Shown here piece by piece: positions 27,811 through 37,129 of a DNA stretch of 58,302 nt. Made by a program: the position numbers and the translations under genes. The stretch is taken from the NCBI GenBank assembly GCA_009786575.1, contig WQRV01000001.1, forward strand, positions 1-58,302, read 5' to 3'. Within the stretch, counting starts at the first letter, position 1; every line of letters starts with the position of its first letter. The notes beneath the pieces are model-generated. The model did no database searches and was not told the origin of the DNA. It saw nothing but the letters and a program-made list of their open reading frames with translations. This DNA comes from Chitinispirillia bacterium (GTDB lineage Bacteria > Fibrobacterota > Chitinivibrionia > Chitinivibrionales > Chitinispirillaceae).

Positions 27811-28980
27811 ATGAAGAGGAAACTATGCATATTTTGTTCCCTGTCGTCCTTCAACACCGGGATGCCGATCAGCACCTACAAGCTGGCCGCCGGGCTTGTT
27901 AAGAGCGGGCGGTACGATGTTTGCGCGGTTTTGCCGTCTGACGGGGAGCTTGCGGAGCGGCTACGGATGGCGTCCGTTGACGTCCGTATTATTCCGTTTC
28001 GCCGGATGAGGTCCGGGCTGTTGTCTGCGTTATTCTTTTTGATGACCTGGGTAGTCGCCGGGATCCGTTTTTGCAGGTTTGTTCGCGCTAAGAGGATACC
28101 TGTCGTCCATTTTTCCGATGTGATAGACGCGCCGTTTTACCCGTGGGCCCGGTTTGCCGGCGCGAGGGTTGTCGCGCACGTCCGCGTATGTTTGGGCGGT
28201 TCTGCGGTCAGGCGGTTTTTCAGGTTGTGGACGAGGATTTTCTGCTCGCGCGTAATTGCCGTGTCGGATTTTGCGCGCCGTTACTACATGCTGGGCAGAC
28301 GCGCCGCGGTTGTGTACAATCCGGGCCCCGACCGCAAGATATTCGATCCCAACGCATTCCCGCGCCGGACCCAGGCAGCCTCAGGGGTTCCCGCGCCGGA
28401 GCCGACCGTGCTGATGGCGGCCTCTTTCCGCAGGGAGAAGGGGCACCATAATTTTTTGGAGGTAGCGGCCCGTGTAATGAAACGCGCCGGCGGCAAGGTA
28501 AGGTTTGTGATAGTGGGTGGAGAGGTGAGGGGGCACGAGGAGTACTACGGAGAGGTAATGGAGCACGCGCGGGCGCTTGGGGTTATGGATTGCCTGACGG
28601 TTACCGGGAACATCCCGCACGAGAACGTCCCGCTTGTCATGGCCACCGCATCGGTGTTTTTGCATATGCCTGACTGGGAGGAGGCGCTGGGCGGCGTGGT
28701 GCTCGAGGCAATGGCAATGGATGTTGCGGTCGTCGCGTATGACTGCGGCGGGGTTGGGGAGTGCTTTACAAACGGGAAGTCAGGGTATCTGGTGAAGCGC
28801 GGTGATTTTGACGGCGCAGCCGGGAAGGTAGCGGAACTTTTGAAATCACCCGAACTGATAAAGAGTGTGACGGAAAGTGCGCGGGCGGAACTTGACGCGA
28901 AGTTTACGATGGATAAATATATAGGCGGCGTTGAAAAAAATTACGCAGACTGCCGGAGCCATGTCCGCAGTTTTCTCTAA
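27811..28980 (+). CDS. Glycosyltransferase family 4 (GT-B, Glycos_transf_1)
   Basis: C-terminal EALGGVVLEAMAMDVAVVAYDCGGVGECFTNGKSGYLV (EX7E-type motif). Confidence 0.85.
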   Translation: MKRKLCIFCSLSSFNTGMPISTYKLAAGLVKSGRYDVCAVLPSDGELAERLRMASVDVRIIPFRRMRSGLLSALFFLMTWVVAGIRFCRFVRAKRIPVVHFSDVIDAPFYPWARFAGARVVAHVRVCLGGSAVRRFFRLWTRIFCSRVIAVSDFARRYYMLGRRAAVVYNPGPDRKIFDPNAFPRRTQAASGVPAPEPTVLMAASFRREKGHHNFLEVAARVMKRAGGKVRFVIVGGEVRGHEEYYGEVMEHARALGVMDCLTVTGNIPHENVPLVMATASVFLHMPDWEEALGGVVLEAMAMDVAVVAYDCGGVGECFTNGKSGYLVKRGDFDGAAGKVAELLKSPELIKSVTESARAELDAKFTMDKYIGGVEKNYADCRSHVRSFL

Positions 28981-30020
28981 GAGTGATTCTTCCCGGCGTG
29001 AGGTTCTGTGCGCTTGCACAAAATTATAAACTGTTTTATCAGCCGCTCAAGGCGGCGCATGATCCCGCTTTTATACCTTTTTATCTTTGTAGAGAACAGT
29101 CTGTAGTCCATGAGGATAAATTTTACGTTTTTTAAGTATGATGCCACACGCGGGAATCCGCTGTTGTAGGTTTCATATTTTATGCCGTTGTCTTTAATTC
29201 CGTCGAGCACTAAATAGGCTGTGCCGGAATATGAAATCAAAAAAAAGTCTATAAACGTAAGCATGGCGTACTGATTTTCCATTTTCGGTATATTTATATG
29301 CTGCCTTTCTCCGCCAACGGCATACACAAAATCGTACATCGCCGCGGCATTTCTGAATCTCACGCTGTCGGAACATACTAAGATCTTCTTTCCTTTATTC
29401 GAGTTGTGTATTTTTATCAAATGGTTTATGTTGCGCTGTATAAAAGCATCCTGCAATCTTGCGGGCAGCGTTGGAAATCTGTTGCCGCCGGTATGCTCAT
29501 CGAAATCATCGAGCAGGCATTGAAAACGAAATACCGCGGCCGGGTATTCATAATTTAATTTTTCGCGGTGAGAATCGACGGCATCCCGCAGCGCAGGCGA
29601 AAGGCTGAACAGCTCGTCAAATAATGCCCCGTAATCGCCGGCGCAATACTTCCTGTTTGTATAGAGCAGGATGTATTCATAATCCTTTGAGTAGTTTTCG
29701 ATAACGGCGCACAGCCCGTCAAAATCCAATTCGGGGTATTCCTCCGTATCCGCATACTCAGGCACGGGGGCATCTGCCGCAAAAGAGGAGACCGACACGC
29801 TTTTAGCTTTATTTAGCGCGATCTCGTCTTCTGATATTTTCCAGTCGTAGCGGGGGAGCAGATAAGCGGAGAGGTCAAAGGGTACGGTAAAATTTATCTT
29901 GAACCGGAATCCGTGCAATTTACAGATTTTATACAGCGTAACTATTCCGTACAGCCTGTCTGCCAGCCCGCCCTTTGGCCTTGCGTCATTCGCCATATAA
30001 ACAATTGTTGTGTTGTTCAA
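28977..30020 (-). CDS. Hypothetical protein, possible fucosyltransferase-like glycosyltransferase
   Basis: 347-aa ORF that is visibly AT-richer than its flanks. Weak resemblance to GT11-type motifs (VCSDS.., ..FIDFFLIS..NSGF). Stop codons overlap convergently by 4 nt with the GT4 gene. Confidence 0.4.
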   Translation of the reverse strand: MNNTTIVYMANDARPKGGLADRLYGIVTLYKICKLHGFRFKINFTVPFDLSAYLLPRYDWKISEDEIALNKAKSVSVSSFAADAPVPEYADTEEYPELDFDGLCAVIENYSKDYEYILLYTNRKYCAGDYGALFDELFSLSPALRDAVDSHREKLNYEYPAAVFRFQCLLDDFDEHTGGNRFPTLPARLQDAFIQRNINHLIKIHNSNKGKKILVCSDSVRFRNAAAMYDFVYAVGGERQHINIPKMENQYAMLTFIDFFLISYSGTAYLVLDGIKDNGIKYETYNSGFPRVASYLKNVKFILMDYRLFSTKIKRYKSGIMRRLERLIKQFIILCKRTEPHAGKNHS

Positions 30021-30038
30021 ATTAGCCGCTCCTGTCGT

Positions 30039-31499
30039 TTAAGGTACTGGTTTCGTTTGAATTTTCAGCAGCCGCATAAATACTTCGACCTTAAATATTC
30101 TCAGGCAGAGGCAGTATACCGCCAGACCGGCTGTTGCCGCTACGGCGCATTGCGCGAGGCCGGCGCCGTTAAATAGTTTCATTGCGAAGTAGAGTACTGC
30201 CCCCATAGCAGCCGCGGAGAGCGCGACGGGCGCGGCGTAGCCGAAGACCGTGCCGAAGCGGCAGTTCAGGCAGCGCGACTTGAAATAGTCGATTACCGCG
30301 GCGAGAACGAGCATGTGCGCCGTCTGGCCTATAAGAAATACCTCTATGCCCAAAGGCACGAGCGCGAAGGCCATGGCGATCATGGTCAGCATGGCGGCGG
30401 AGTCTATTTTCAGGCGGAGGCTGAGGTTTTTGACCATAAGTACGCCGTTTGGAATCGTACATAGCGGGGAGATGGCGCTGGTTAGGCAGAGTATGCGCAG
30501 ATACGGTACAGCCGGCAGCCAGCTGTCGTTCAGGAGCAAAATGATGAGCGGTTCGGCCAGCATGGCCAGCGCGGTCATCAGCGGGAATATTATGGCGGCC
30601 GCGCCCTGTACGGCCTGCCTCTGCCCGCTTTGCAGCCTGGCGTTGTCGTCCTGAATCTTTGAAAACGATGTGATGGTGACCTGCTCTACGGCGGAGGTGA
30701 CGCTGTTCGACGTAAGGTTAATGACCTTTTCGGTGAACGAGTAGTACCCAAGCGTCTGCATCGAGAACACTTTGCCGATAAGGAGCGCGTTGACGTTTTT
30801 GTATATCGCGCCAAGCATCATTACCGCGCTGAGAGAGGCGCCGGCCTTGAAGAACTCTTTGAACGGTTCCGCGCGCAGCTCGAGGGTGGGCCGCCACCTG
30901 ACAACGCAGCGGTAGAGTATCATGGCCGTGACGGACGCGATGATTATCTTCGCGGCGAGGCTCATTACTCCGAAGCCGTTATACGCCATCCAGATAGCGG
31001 TTGTACCGGAGAGTATCTCCGCCGGTATCGTGATGAGCGCCAGCCGGTTGAATTTCATGTCGCGCCGCAGCTTGGTGTTTTGGACGATTGAGGCCGCGTT
31101 AGTGATAAGGATTATGCCGAGCAGCCGGGTGAGGGCGGTAAGCTGCGGCTCGCCGTAGAATCGCGCTATGTGCGGCGCGAGGAAGTAAAGCGCCGCGTAC
31201 ATGGCAAGCGCCAGCGCGAGGCTCATCAGCCATACCGCGTTGTAGCCGGCCTGCGAGACCTCCTTTTTTCTGATGAGCGCCGCCCTGAAGCCGCCCTCTA
31301 TTATCACCGCGGTTATGGCAAAGAGCGCCGTTATGAGGCCGACGAGCCCGTAGTCTTTGGGTGAAAGCAGGCGCGCGAGGTATATGGTTACGGCGTATGT
31401 GACGCCGTAACGCCCAAACATCTCGGCTAGGGTCCACATTATACCCGTCACGGTTCTCGTGCGCAGGTTTCCGGTATTCTCTTCTGGCGGGCAGTCCAT
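30039..31499 (-). CDS. Polysaccharide/O-antigen flippase, MOP superfamily (Wzx-like)
   Basis: 486 aa with about 12-14 hydrophobic helices. N-terminal ..MFGRYGVTYAVTIYLARLLSPKDYGLVGL.. is typical of Polysacc_synt proteins. Confidence 0.8.
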   Translation of the reverse strand: MDCPPEENTGNLRTRTVTGIMWTLAEMFGRYGVTYAVTIYLARLLSPKDYGLVGLITALFAITAVIIEGGFRAALIRKKEVSQAGYNAVWLMSLALALAMYAALYFLAPHIARFYGEPQLTALTRLLGIILITNAASIVQNTKLRRDMKFNRLALITIPAEILSGTTAIWMAYNGFGVMSLAAKIIIASVTAMILYRCVVRWRPTLELRAEPFKEFFKAGASLSAVMMLGAIYKNVNALLIGKVFSMQTLGYYSFTEKVINLTSNSVTSAVEQVTITSFSKIQDDNARLQSGQRQAVQGAAAIIFPLMTALAMLAEPLIILLLNDSWLPAVPYLRILCLTSAISPLCTIPNGVLMVKNLSLRLKIDSAAMLTMIAMAFALVPLGIEVFLIGQTAHMLVLAAVIDYFKSRCLNCRFGTVFGYAAPVALSAAAMGAVLYFAMKLFNGAGLAQCAVAATAGLAVYCLCLRIFKVEVFMRLLKIQTKPVP

Positions 31500-31826
31500 G
31501 AAACAAATATAAATTATGCCGAAAGTTTTTGGGTAACGCGGGGTAAAATAGTTAATTTAACAGTACCGCCCCAGGGCTCGCCGGCACGGCTCCGCACCCG
31601 CGGGGAGCATCAGGCGTTGGGATACCGTACCCCGCGGGAGGGGGTATCAGGCGGCTGGAAGCGGCTTAATGGGCAGGTGTGCGGCGGCGCGGGGCCGTGG
31701 GGTACAAAAAATCTTGGCATAGCTATTTACAATATATTATCTTTATCAAAGAGCGGTATGCACCTTAAATGTGCCGGAAAATCTGTCAAAAAACTGAACA
31801 ACCTCACCATTAGAGGGGCGGGTGGA

Positions 31827-32366
31827 ATGAATAAACATTTTCGATTAATGTGCTCGATAATAATTTTATGCGCGATGGTGTTTTTGGTTTACGGCCAGAC
31901 GAAAGCGGCTTTAACCGATAAGCAGGTTATAGAGCAAGTGGTTATACGGCTTAAAACAACGACTCTTACTTTTCGCGACTATGAGATATTAAATATAAAT
32001 AAGCTTGTAAATGTCAACTGGCGTCAAAACGGCGCCAGCATCTACTTTTCTGCGTACGATGATAACGGAGTGTGGCTGACACGTATCTTTGATACCACTA
32101 ACAAAGAAGGTATAAGTTTTGACTTTATCGATCCCCCTAATTATGATTCAGATTGGAGTGATAAAATAGGGCCTTTTATGAAACAAATAAACAGAAAATT
32201 TTCAAATAAAATTCCTTTAGTAAACTTCATACAGAAGGATCTGATTGCGACATTTGAGTATGCAGATGGCAGTAAAGTGATATTTGACGTATATTATGCC
32301 GCCATTCAATACAAACTACTCTGGTGGCGTAAAGAATTAGCTGATCCAACGTATTATGATCCCTAA
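31827..32366 (+). CDS. Small secreted protein, unknown family, paralog 1 of a tandem pair
   Basis: ATG 31827 follows GAGGGGCGGGTGGA. Signal peptide MNKHFRLMCSIIILCAMVFLVYGQ. AT-rich. The upstream ORF extension to 31617 is GC-rich non-coding-looking sequence. Confidence 0.75.
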   Translation: MNKHFRLMCSIIILCAMVFLVYGQTKAALTDKQVIEQVVIRLKTTTLTFRDYEILNINKLVNVNWRQNGASIYFSAYDDNGVWLTRIFDTTNKEGISFDFIDPPNYDSDWSDKIGPFMKQINRKFSNKIPLVNFIQKDLIATFEYADGSKVIFDVYYAAIQYKLLWWRKELADPTYYDP

Positions 32367-32500
32367 CGCCAGATAATAGTGTATACAATATTATGAATTA
32401 TAAGAACGGGGCAATAAATTGTTAGTAGATATGGTAATGTTTTTTATCAGGTACATTGTAACGAATGAACATAATATAAACCATTAAAGGGGCGGGTGGA

Positions 32501-33070
32501 ATGAATAAACATTTTCGATTAATGTGCTCGATAATAATTTTATGCGCGATGGCGTTTTTGGTTTACGGCCAAACGAAAGCGGCTTTAACCGATAAGCAGG
32601 TTATAGAGCAAGTGGTTATACGGCTTAAAACAACGACTCTTACTTTTCGCGACTATGAGATATTAAATATAAATAAGCTTGTAAATGTCAGCCGGCATCA
32701 GAACGGCGCCAGCATCTACTTTTCTGCGTACGACGATAACGGGGTGTGGTTGACAGATAGTTTTGAGACCATTACTAACAAAAGGGGATTACGATACCCC
32801 GTAGGTATAAGTTTCGAGTTTGTTAATCCTCCTAATTATGATTCAGATTGGAGTGATAAAATAGGGCCTTTCATGAAACAAACAAACAGAAAATTTTCAA
32901 ATAAAATTCCTTTAGTAAACTTCAAACAGAAAGACCTGATTGCGACATTTGAGTATGCAGATGGCAGTAAAGTGATATTTGACGTATATTATGCCGCCAT
33001 TCGATACGAACTCCTCTGGTGGCGCAAAGAATTAGCTGACCCAAGGTTTTATGATCCTAACGACAGATAA
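32501..33070 (+). CDS. Small secreted protein, unknown family, paralog 2 of a tandem pair
   Basis: The first ~200 nt differ from paralog 1 at only 2 positions, including the same RBS context. The central region is diverged with a 10-aa indel, and the C-terminus is conserved again. Confidence 0.8.
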   Translation: MNKHFRLMCSIIILCAMAFLVYGQTKAALTDKQVIEQVVIRLKTTTLTFRDYEILNINKLVNVSRHQNGASIYFSAYDDNGVWLTDSFETITNKRGLRYPVGISFEFVNPPNYDSDWSDKIGPFMKQTNRKFSNKIPLVNFKQKDLIATFEYADGSKVIFDVYYAAIRYELLWWRKELADPRFYDPNDR

Positions 33071-33310
33071 TTGCGCGCACAAGCTACGAGCTTCAATTTC
33101 ACGGCCCCCGCGGCGGCCGTGCGCCATTTTAAGCCGCTTCTAACCGCCCGGTACCCTCCCGGCTTCCCACAGATCAGGCTTGATTTGCCCTTGTAACCAT
33201 CACAGCGCGCCTGCCGTTGGTACGGCGGGGGGATTTGGCGGCCGGCGGAGGGCGTTCGTTTTTTACACAAATTTAAGCGGTTTTGGCGTGCATTTAGTTA
33301 TATTAATGTA

Positions 33311-34447
33311 ATGATAAACGGAAATTTCTGCTGGATCGCCACATGGAAAGTTACCGACCGCTGCAACCTGCGCTGCACGTACTGCGACCCGTCGATAATG
33401 ACGCGGGCCGACGCCTGCGAGAACATGAACAGGTTTGAGGCGCTCGACCGCATCGCCGCGTACAGGCCGCGCGTGCTCAACATAAGCGGCGGGGAGCCGT
33501 CGCTTGTTAAGGAGTTGCCGGGGCTTCTGGCGCGGGCTAAAGCAGTGTGGAATCCGTCCGTCCGCGTGGTGCACAACGGGACGGGGCCGGAGAAACTCTC
33601 GGAGAGCTTTCCGTATATTGACCGTTTGGTGATCAGTATAGACGGGCCGGGGGAGGTCAACGCGGCTACTCGGGGGATCAGCGGGGACGCGGTGCTTGAG
33701 AGGATCGCGAGGTTGCTGGCGGGCCGGGGCGGTTCGTTGCCGGGGAGCGATAAATCCGCGGACGGCGCCTTGCCGGAGATAACCGTCAATACCGTAGTGA
33801 CGGAGGCGAATATCGGCACACTGCCGGGTTTTGCGTCGCAGGTCAACTCAGTCTCGCCAAATATCGGGCTGGCGCTTCTGCCGGTGATGCCGGTTGAGTG
33901 CGAGTTATCGGTATTGAGGGAGGGGGAGAAGGGGTACCGCCGTTTTTTGGATGTTTACGCGAAGATGAAGCTGGCGCATGGAGCGGTCGTGCACAATTTT
34001 GATTGCGTGATGCGGCATGGCGATTTCCGCAAGATACAGTGTTACAATCAATACTTTACCGTAAGGTTCTCCCCGCGCGGGGAATTTTTCGCGTGCGGGG
34101 CGAATATCGGTTCGCAGCTGCGCCGTACGGACGGGGTGTTTAAGAAGGTCTTCAGGAAGGGCGGCGTCAGAAAATTATTTACGATGTTGTCGCGCGCACT
34201 TAAGGGGGGGATGGGGAAGGTTGATTTCACCTGCCGCAACATGTGCAACTGCGACAGTTGGTTAGACATGTTATTTTTGGGGCAGGATACCGGTTACGCG
34301 CCCATAACGCTGCGCGGGCTGCGCGGGCGGCTTAGTGACGGCGATTACCGGGAGCTGGACGAGTTTGTACGGAAAAATATCAACTCCGGCTTTGATGTAA
34401 ACCGGTTCCGCGTAATGGTGGAGGGGTGCGGGAATGACGGGGTATAA
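33311..34447 (+). CDS. Radical SAM enzyme, unknown substrate
   Basis: CNLRCTYC (CX3CX2C) at aa 18-25, GGEPS SAM-binding motif, and a C-terminal Cys cluster FTCRNMCNC. Confidence 0.85.
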   Translation: MINGNFCWIATWKVTDRCNLRCTYCDPSIMTRADACENMNRFEALDRIAAYRPRVLNISGGEPSLVKELPGLLARAKAVWNPSVRVVHNGTGPEKLSESFPYIDRLVISIDGPGEVNAATRGISGDAVLERIARLLAGRGGSLPGSDKSADGALPEITVNTVVTEANIGTLPGFASQVNSVSPNIGLALLPVMPVECELSVLREGEKGYRRFLDVYAKMKLAHGAVVHNFDCVMRHGDFRKIQCYNQYFTVRFSPRGEFFACGANIGSQLRRTDGVFKKVFRKGGVRKLFTMLSRALKGGMGKVDFTCRNMCNCDSWLDMLFLGQDTGYAPITLRGLRGRLSDGDYRELDEFVRKNINSGFDVNRFRVMVEGCGNDGV

Positions 34448-35447
34448 GTGTGCCGAGGCATCGAGGGAGAGGTGGATAGAGGCCGCCAAAGCCTGCCCTT
34501 ACGCCACGTATTTCCATACCCCGTACTGGTACGAGCTTATTGCCCCCGGCGGGCGCCATACGGCATTGGAGGTGAGCTTTGAAGACGGTGTCTCCGCCGT
34601 TATCCCCGTGGCGGAAATCAAACGCGCGCATGGTTTGCTGACGGACCATTTTTCGTCGCCGGGCTGTAACTACGGCGGGTGGATAAGCGCGTCTGTCCTG
34701 AACAAGGAGCACGTCATGGTATTGACGAATATCCTTATGTCGAAAAAGAACCTTACGTTTCGGATCAACCCGTTCGACGAGTCGCAGTCTTCGCTGCTTG
34801 CGCTAACCATGCCGTCCGCGTTGCCGCCGGTGGCGTTGATGAGCGATTTTACGCATACGCTTGACTTGACGGCAGGGACAGACGCTCTTCTGCGGGGTAT
34901 GGCCAAGGGGCACAGGAGCGCGGTGAAGAGCGCGGAGCGCGAGGGGGTTGTGGTTAAGGCCGCCGATACGGTTGACGAGTGGGAGCGCTATTACGGCATT
35001 TACCTTGAATCGGTAAAGCGGTGGCGGTCCGGCGGCCCAAAACTCAGGCCGAGGCATGTTTACCCGCCCGCGCTCTTCAGGCGCGCCCGAGAGATGCGTA
35101 CTGGCAACGAGATACTCTGGCTGGCTATGAAGGACGGGGAGCTTGCGGCCGGGGCGCTGTTCTTCTACTGGGGGCGGCACGCGGTGAGCTGGCACGGCGC
35201 GGCGTCGGCGGAGCATTTTCACTTGCGGCCCAACAATTTGCTCTACTGGGAGATAATTTCAGACGCTGTGCACAGGGGGTACAAGGTCTTCGATTTCAAC
35301 CCAAGCGGCGGCTACGGAGGGGTGGAGTCTTTCAAGAGTCACTTCGGCGCGGTGCGGGTGCCGTCGCCGGTGCTGTCTACGAAAACGCCGCTGCGGTCGC
35401 TCATCTCGCGCCTGCGGCCGGGGGCATCCGGCTGCTCGTCAAAATAA
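34434..35447 (+). CDS. FemAB-family / GNAT (Acetyltransf_6-like) acyl- or aminoacyl-transferase
   Basis: ..GHRSAVKSAEREGV.., ..LWLAMKDGELAAGALFFYWGRHAVSWHGAS..HFHLRPNNLLYWEIISDAVHRGYKVFDFNPSGG... 14-nt overlap with the radical SAM gene. Confidence 0.7.
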   Translation: MTGYKCAEASRERWIEAAKACPYATYFHTPYWYELIAPGGRHTALEVSFEDGVSAVIPVAEIKRAHGLLTDHFSSPGCNYGGWISASVLNKEHVMVLTNILMSKKNLTFRINPFDESQSSLLALTMPSALPPVALMSDFTHTLDLTAGTDALLRGMAKGHRSAVKSAEREGVVVKAADTVDEWERYYGIYLESVKRWRSGGPKLRPRHVYPPALFRRAREMRTGNEILWLAMKDGELAAGALFFYWGRHAVSWHGAASAEHFHLRPNNLLYWEIISDAVHRGYKVFDFNPSGGYGGVESFKSHFGAVRVPSPVLSTKTPLRSLISRLRPGASGCSSK

Positions 35448-35495
35448 TAGATGTGTACTCCTGCCCATAAATTATATTATATGAACTGGTTTGGA

Positions 35496-35565
35496 GTTTG
35501 GAGTGTGGAGTTTGGAGTTTTTTGCTATTGATTTTGACGTTAACTCCAAACTCCACACTCCAAAC
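35496..35565. repeat. Perfect 24-bp inverted repeat (GGAG/CTCC-rich arms, 22-nt loop) flanked by 13-nt direct repeats
   Basis: Arm gtttggagtgtggagtttggagtt (35496-35519) is the exact reverse complement of 35542-35565. Direct repeat aattatattatat occurs at 35470-35482 and 35587-35599. The loop shares tgattttgacgtt with the window-end repeat family. Confidence 0.85.
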
Positions 35566-35614
35566 TGAACATTTGGGCATCATCATAATTATATTATATA
35601 GAAATAGGGGATAT

Positions 35615-37129
35615 ATGGCCACAATAATCGATGAAGTCTCGCGTACCTTTTCGGAGTACCTTCTTATTCCGCGGCTTTCGCGTTCCGAGCATCAGGTGAA
35701 GAACGTCTCGCTACGTGCGCCGGTGTCGAGGTATAAGGCCGGGGCCGAGCCTGAGTTTTGGCTCAACATCCCGTTTGTGACCGCCAGCATGCAGTCTGTC
35801 TCCGGCCCGGATATGGCCATCGCGCTGGCCCGCGAGGGGGGGTTAGCGTTCATATATTGCTCCCAGACGGTAAAATCGCAGGCCGAGATGATTGCCAAAG
35901 TCAAGTCGCACAAGGCCGGCTTCGTGGCCTCCGATTCGAACCTCAAGCCTACCGATACGTTGGGCTACGCGCTGAATCTGCGGCGCAAGACCGGCCACTC
36001 GACCATGGCCGTCACCGGTGACGGGACTACCAACGGGATCTTTCTGGGGATACTTACCGATAAGGACTACTGGGAGTTCGACGAAGACCTGAGCCGCCCC
36101 GTCAGCGATTTCATGACGCCGGCAGACAAGGTGGTTTTAGGGCAAACCGGCATATCCCTGCACGAGGCGAACGTCCTCCTGCACAAGCGGAAGAAGGAGT
36201 GCCTGCCGATACTTGATCAGGAGGGCCACCTGCAGGCGATGGTATTTAAGAAGGACTATGTGGATCACAGGAACAATCCCGACGAACTGCTCGATGTGCA
36301 GAAGCGGTTCGCTGTGGGGGCCGGCATCAACACGCACGACTACAGGGAGCGCGTGCCGGCGCTTGTAGACGCCGGCGCCGACGTGCTCTGCCTCGACGCC
36401 TCCGACGGCTACTCCGAGTTCCAGAAAGAGGCCGCGCTGTGGATAAGGGAAAAGTACGGCAACTCCGTGGCGATAGGCGGCGGCAACGTCGTGCACGGCG
36501 ACGCCTTCAGGTACCTGGCGGAGGAGGCGCAGCTCGACTTCGTAAAGGTGGGGATAGGCGGCGGGTCGATCTGCATAACCCGCGAGCAGAAGGGGATAGG
36601 CCGCGGCCAGGCTTCGGCGATGATGGCGGTGGCGGCGGAGCGGGACCTATATTATAAGGAAACGGGCATATATATCCCAATCTGCTCCGACGGCGGCCTC
36701 TCAAACGACACGCAGATCATCATAGCCCTGGCGATGGGGGCCGATTTCGTGATGATGGGCCGCTACTTCGCCATGACAAACGAGAGCCCGACCCCAAGGA
36801 TGTCTATAGGCGGCCGCGTCTACAAGCCCTACTGGGGCGAGGGGTCGAACAGGGCAAGGAACTGGCAGCGCTACAGCCAGGGCGGCGCCGATACGGGGTT
36901 AAAGTTTGAGGAAGGCGTAGATGCTTACGTCCCGGTCGTCGGCAATGTTAAGGATGTTCTCGACCTGACCGTATCAAAAATCAAGGCGGTAATGTGCAAC
37001 ATGGGATCACTAAACCTGAAAGAATTCGCTGATAATGCCGTCTTGACGAGGATATCCGAGCAGTCATTCGTTGAAGGCGGGACATCAAACGTACTTTCAT
37101 TAGATAAGGATATCCCCAGAAACGTCTGA
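35615..37129 (+). CDS. guaB: IMP dehydrogenase (with CBS pair)
   Basis: Catalytic loop GIGGGSICITREQKGIGRGQ and the CBS region. ATG 35615 follows AGGGG. The ORF extension to 35498 runs through the palindrome and is rejected. Confidence 0.9.
   Translation: MATIIDEVSRTFSEYLLIPRLSRSEHQVKNVSLRAPVSRYKAGAEPEFWLNIPFVTASMQSVSGPDMAIALAREGGLAFIYCSQTVKSQAEMIAKVKSHKAGFVASDSNLKPTDTLGYALNLRRKTGHSTMAVTGDGTTNGIFLGILTDKDYWEFDEDLSRPVSDFMTPADKVVLGQTGISLHEANVLLHKRKKECLPILDQEGHLQAMVFKKDYVDHRNNPDELLDVQKRFAVGAGINTHDYRERVPALVDAGADVLCLDASDGYSEFQKEAALWIREKYGNSVAIGGGNVVHGDAFRYLAEEAQLDFVKVGIGGGSICITREQKGIGRGQASAMMAVAAERDLYYKETGIYIPICSDGGLSNDTQIIIALAMGADFVMMGRYFAMTNESPTPRMSIGGRVYKPYWGEGSNRARNWQRYSQGGADTGLKFEEGVDAYVPVVGNVKDVLDLTVSKIKAVMCNMGSLNLKEFADNAVLTRISEQSFVEGGTSNVLSLDKDIPRNV

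Noticed and set aside
27722-27814. 30-codon upstream ORF (MAMKKKDMLRESFRHPRTEHTALVAGAVVS) ending in an ATGA overlap with the GT4 start.
   Set aside because: It has no recognisable RBS, no conservation evidence is available, and it could easily arise by chance. Noted only as a possible leader peptide.
31617-31826. Upstream extension of secreted-protein paralog 1 (MGYRTPREGVSGG...).
   Set aside because: The composition is GC-rich and Gly/Arg-rich, unlike the AT-rich gene. Paralog 2 starts at the equivalent internal ATG with the same RBS.
35498-35614. Upstream extension of the guaB ORF (MECGVWSFLL...).
   Set aside because: It is a translation of the 24-bp palindrome and AT-rich spacer. IMPDH homology starts at MATIIDE (ATG 35615), which has its own RBS.
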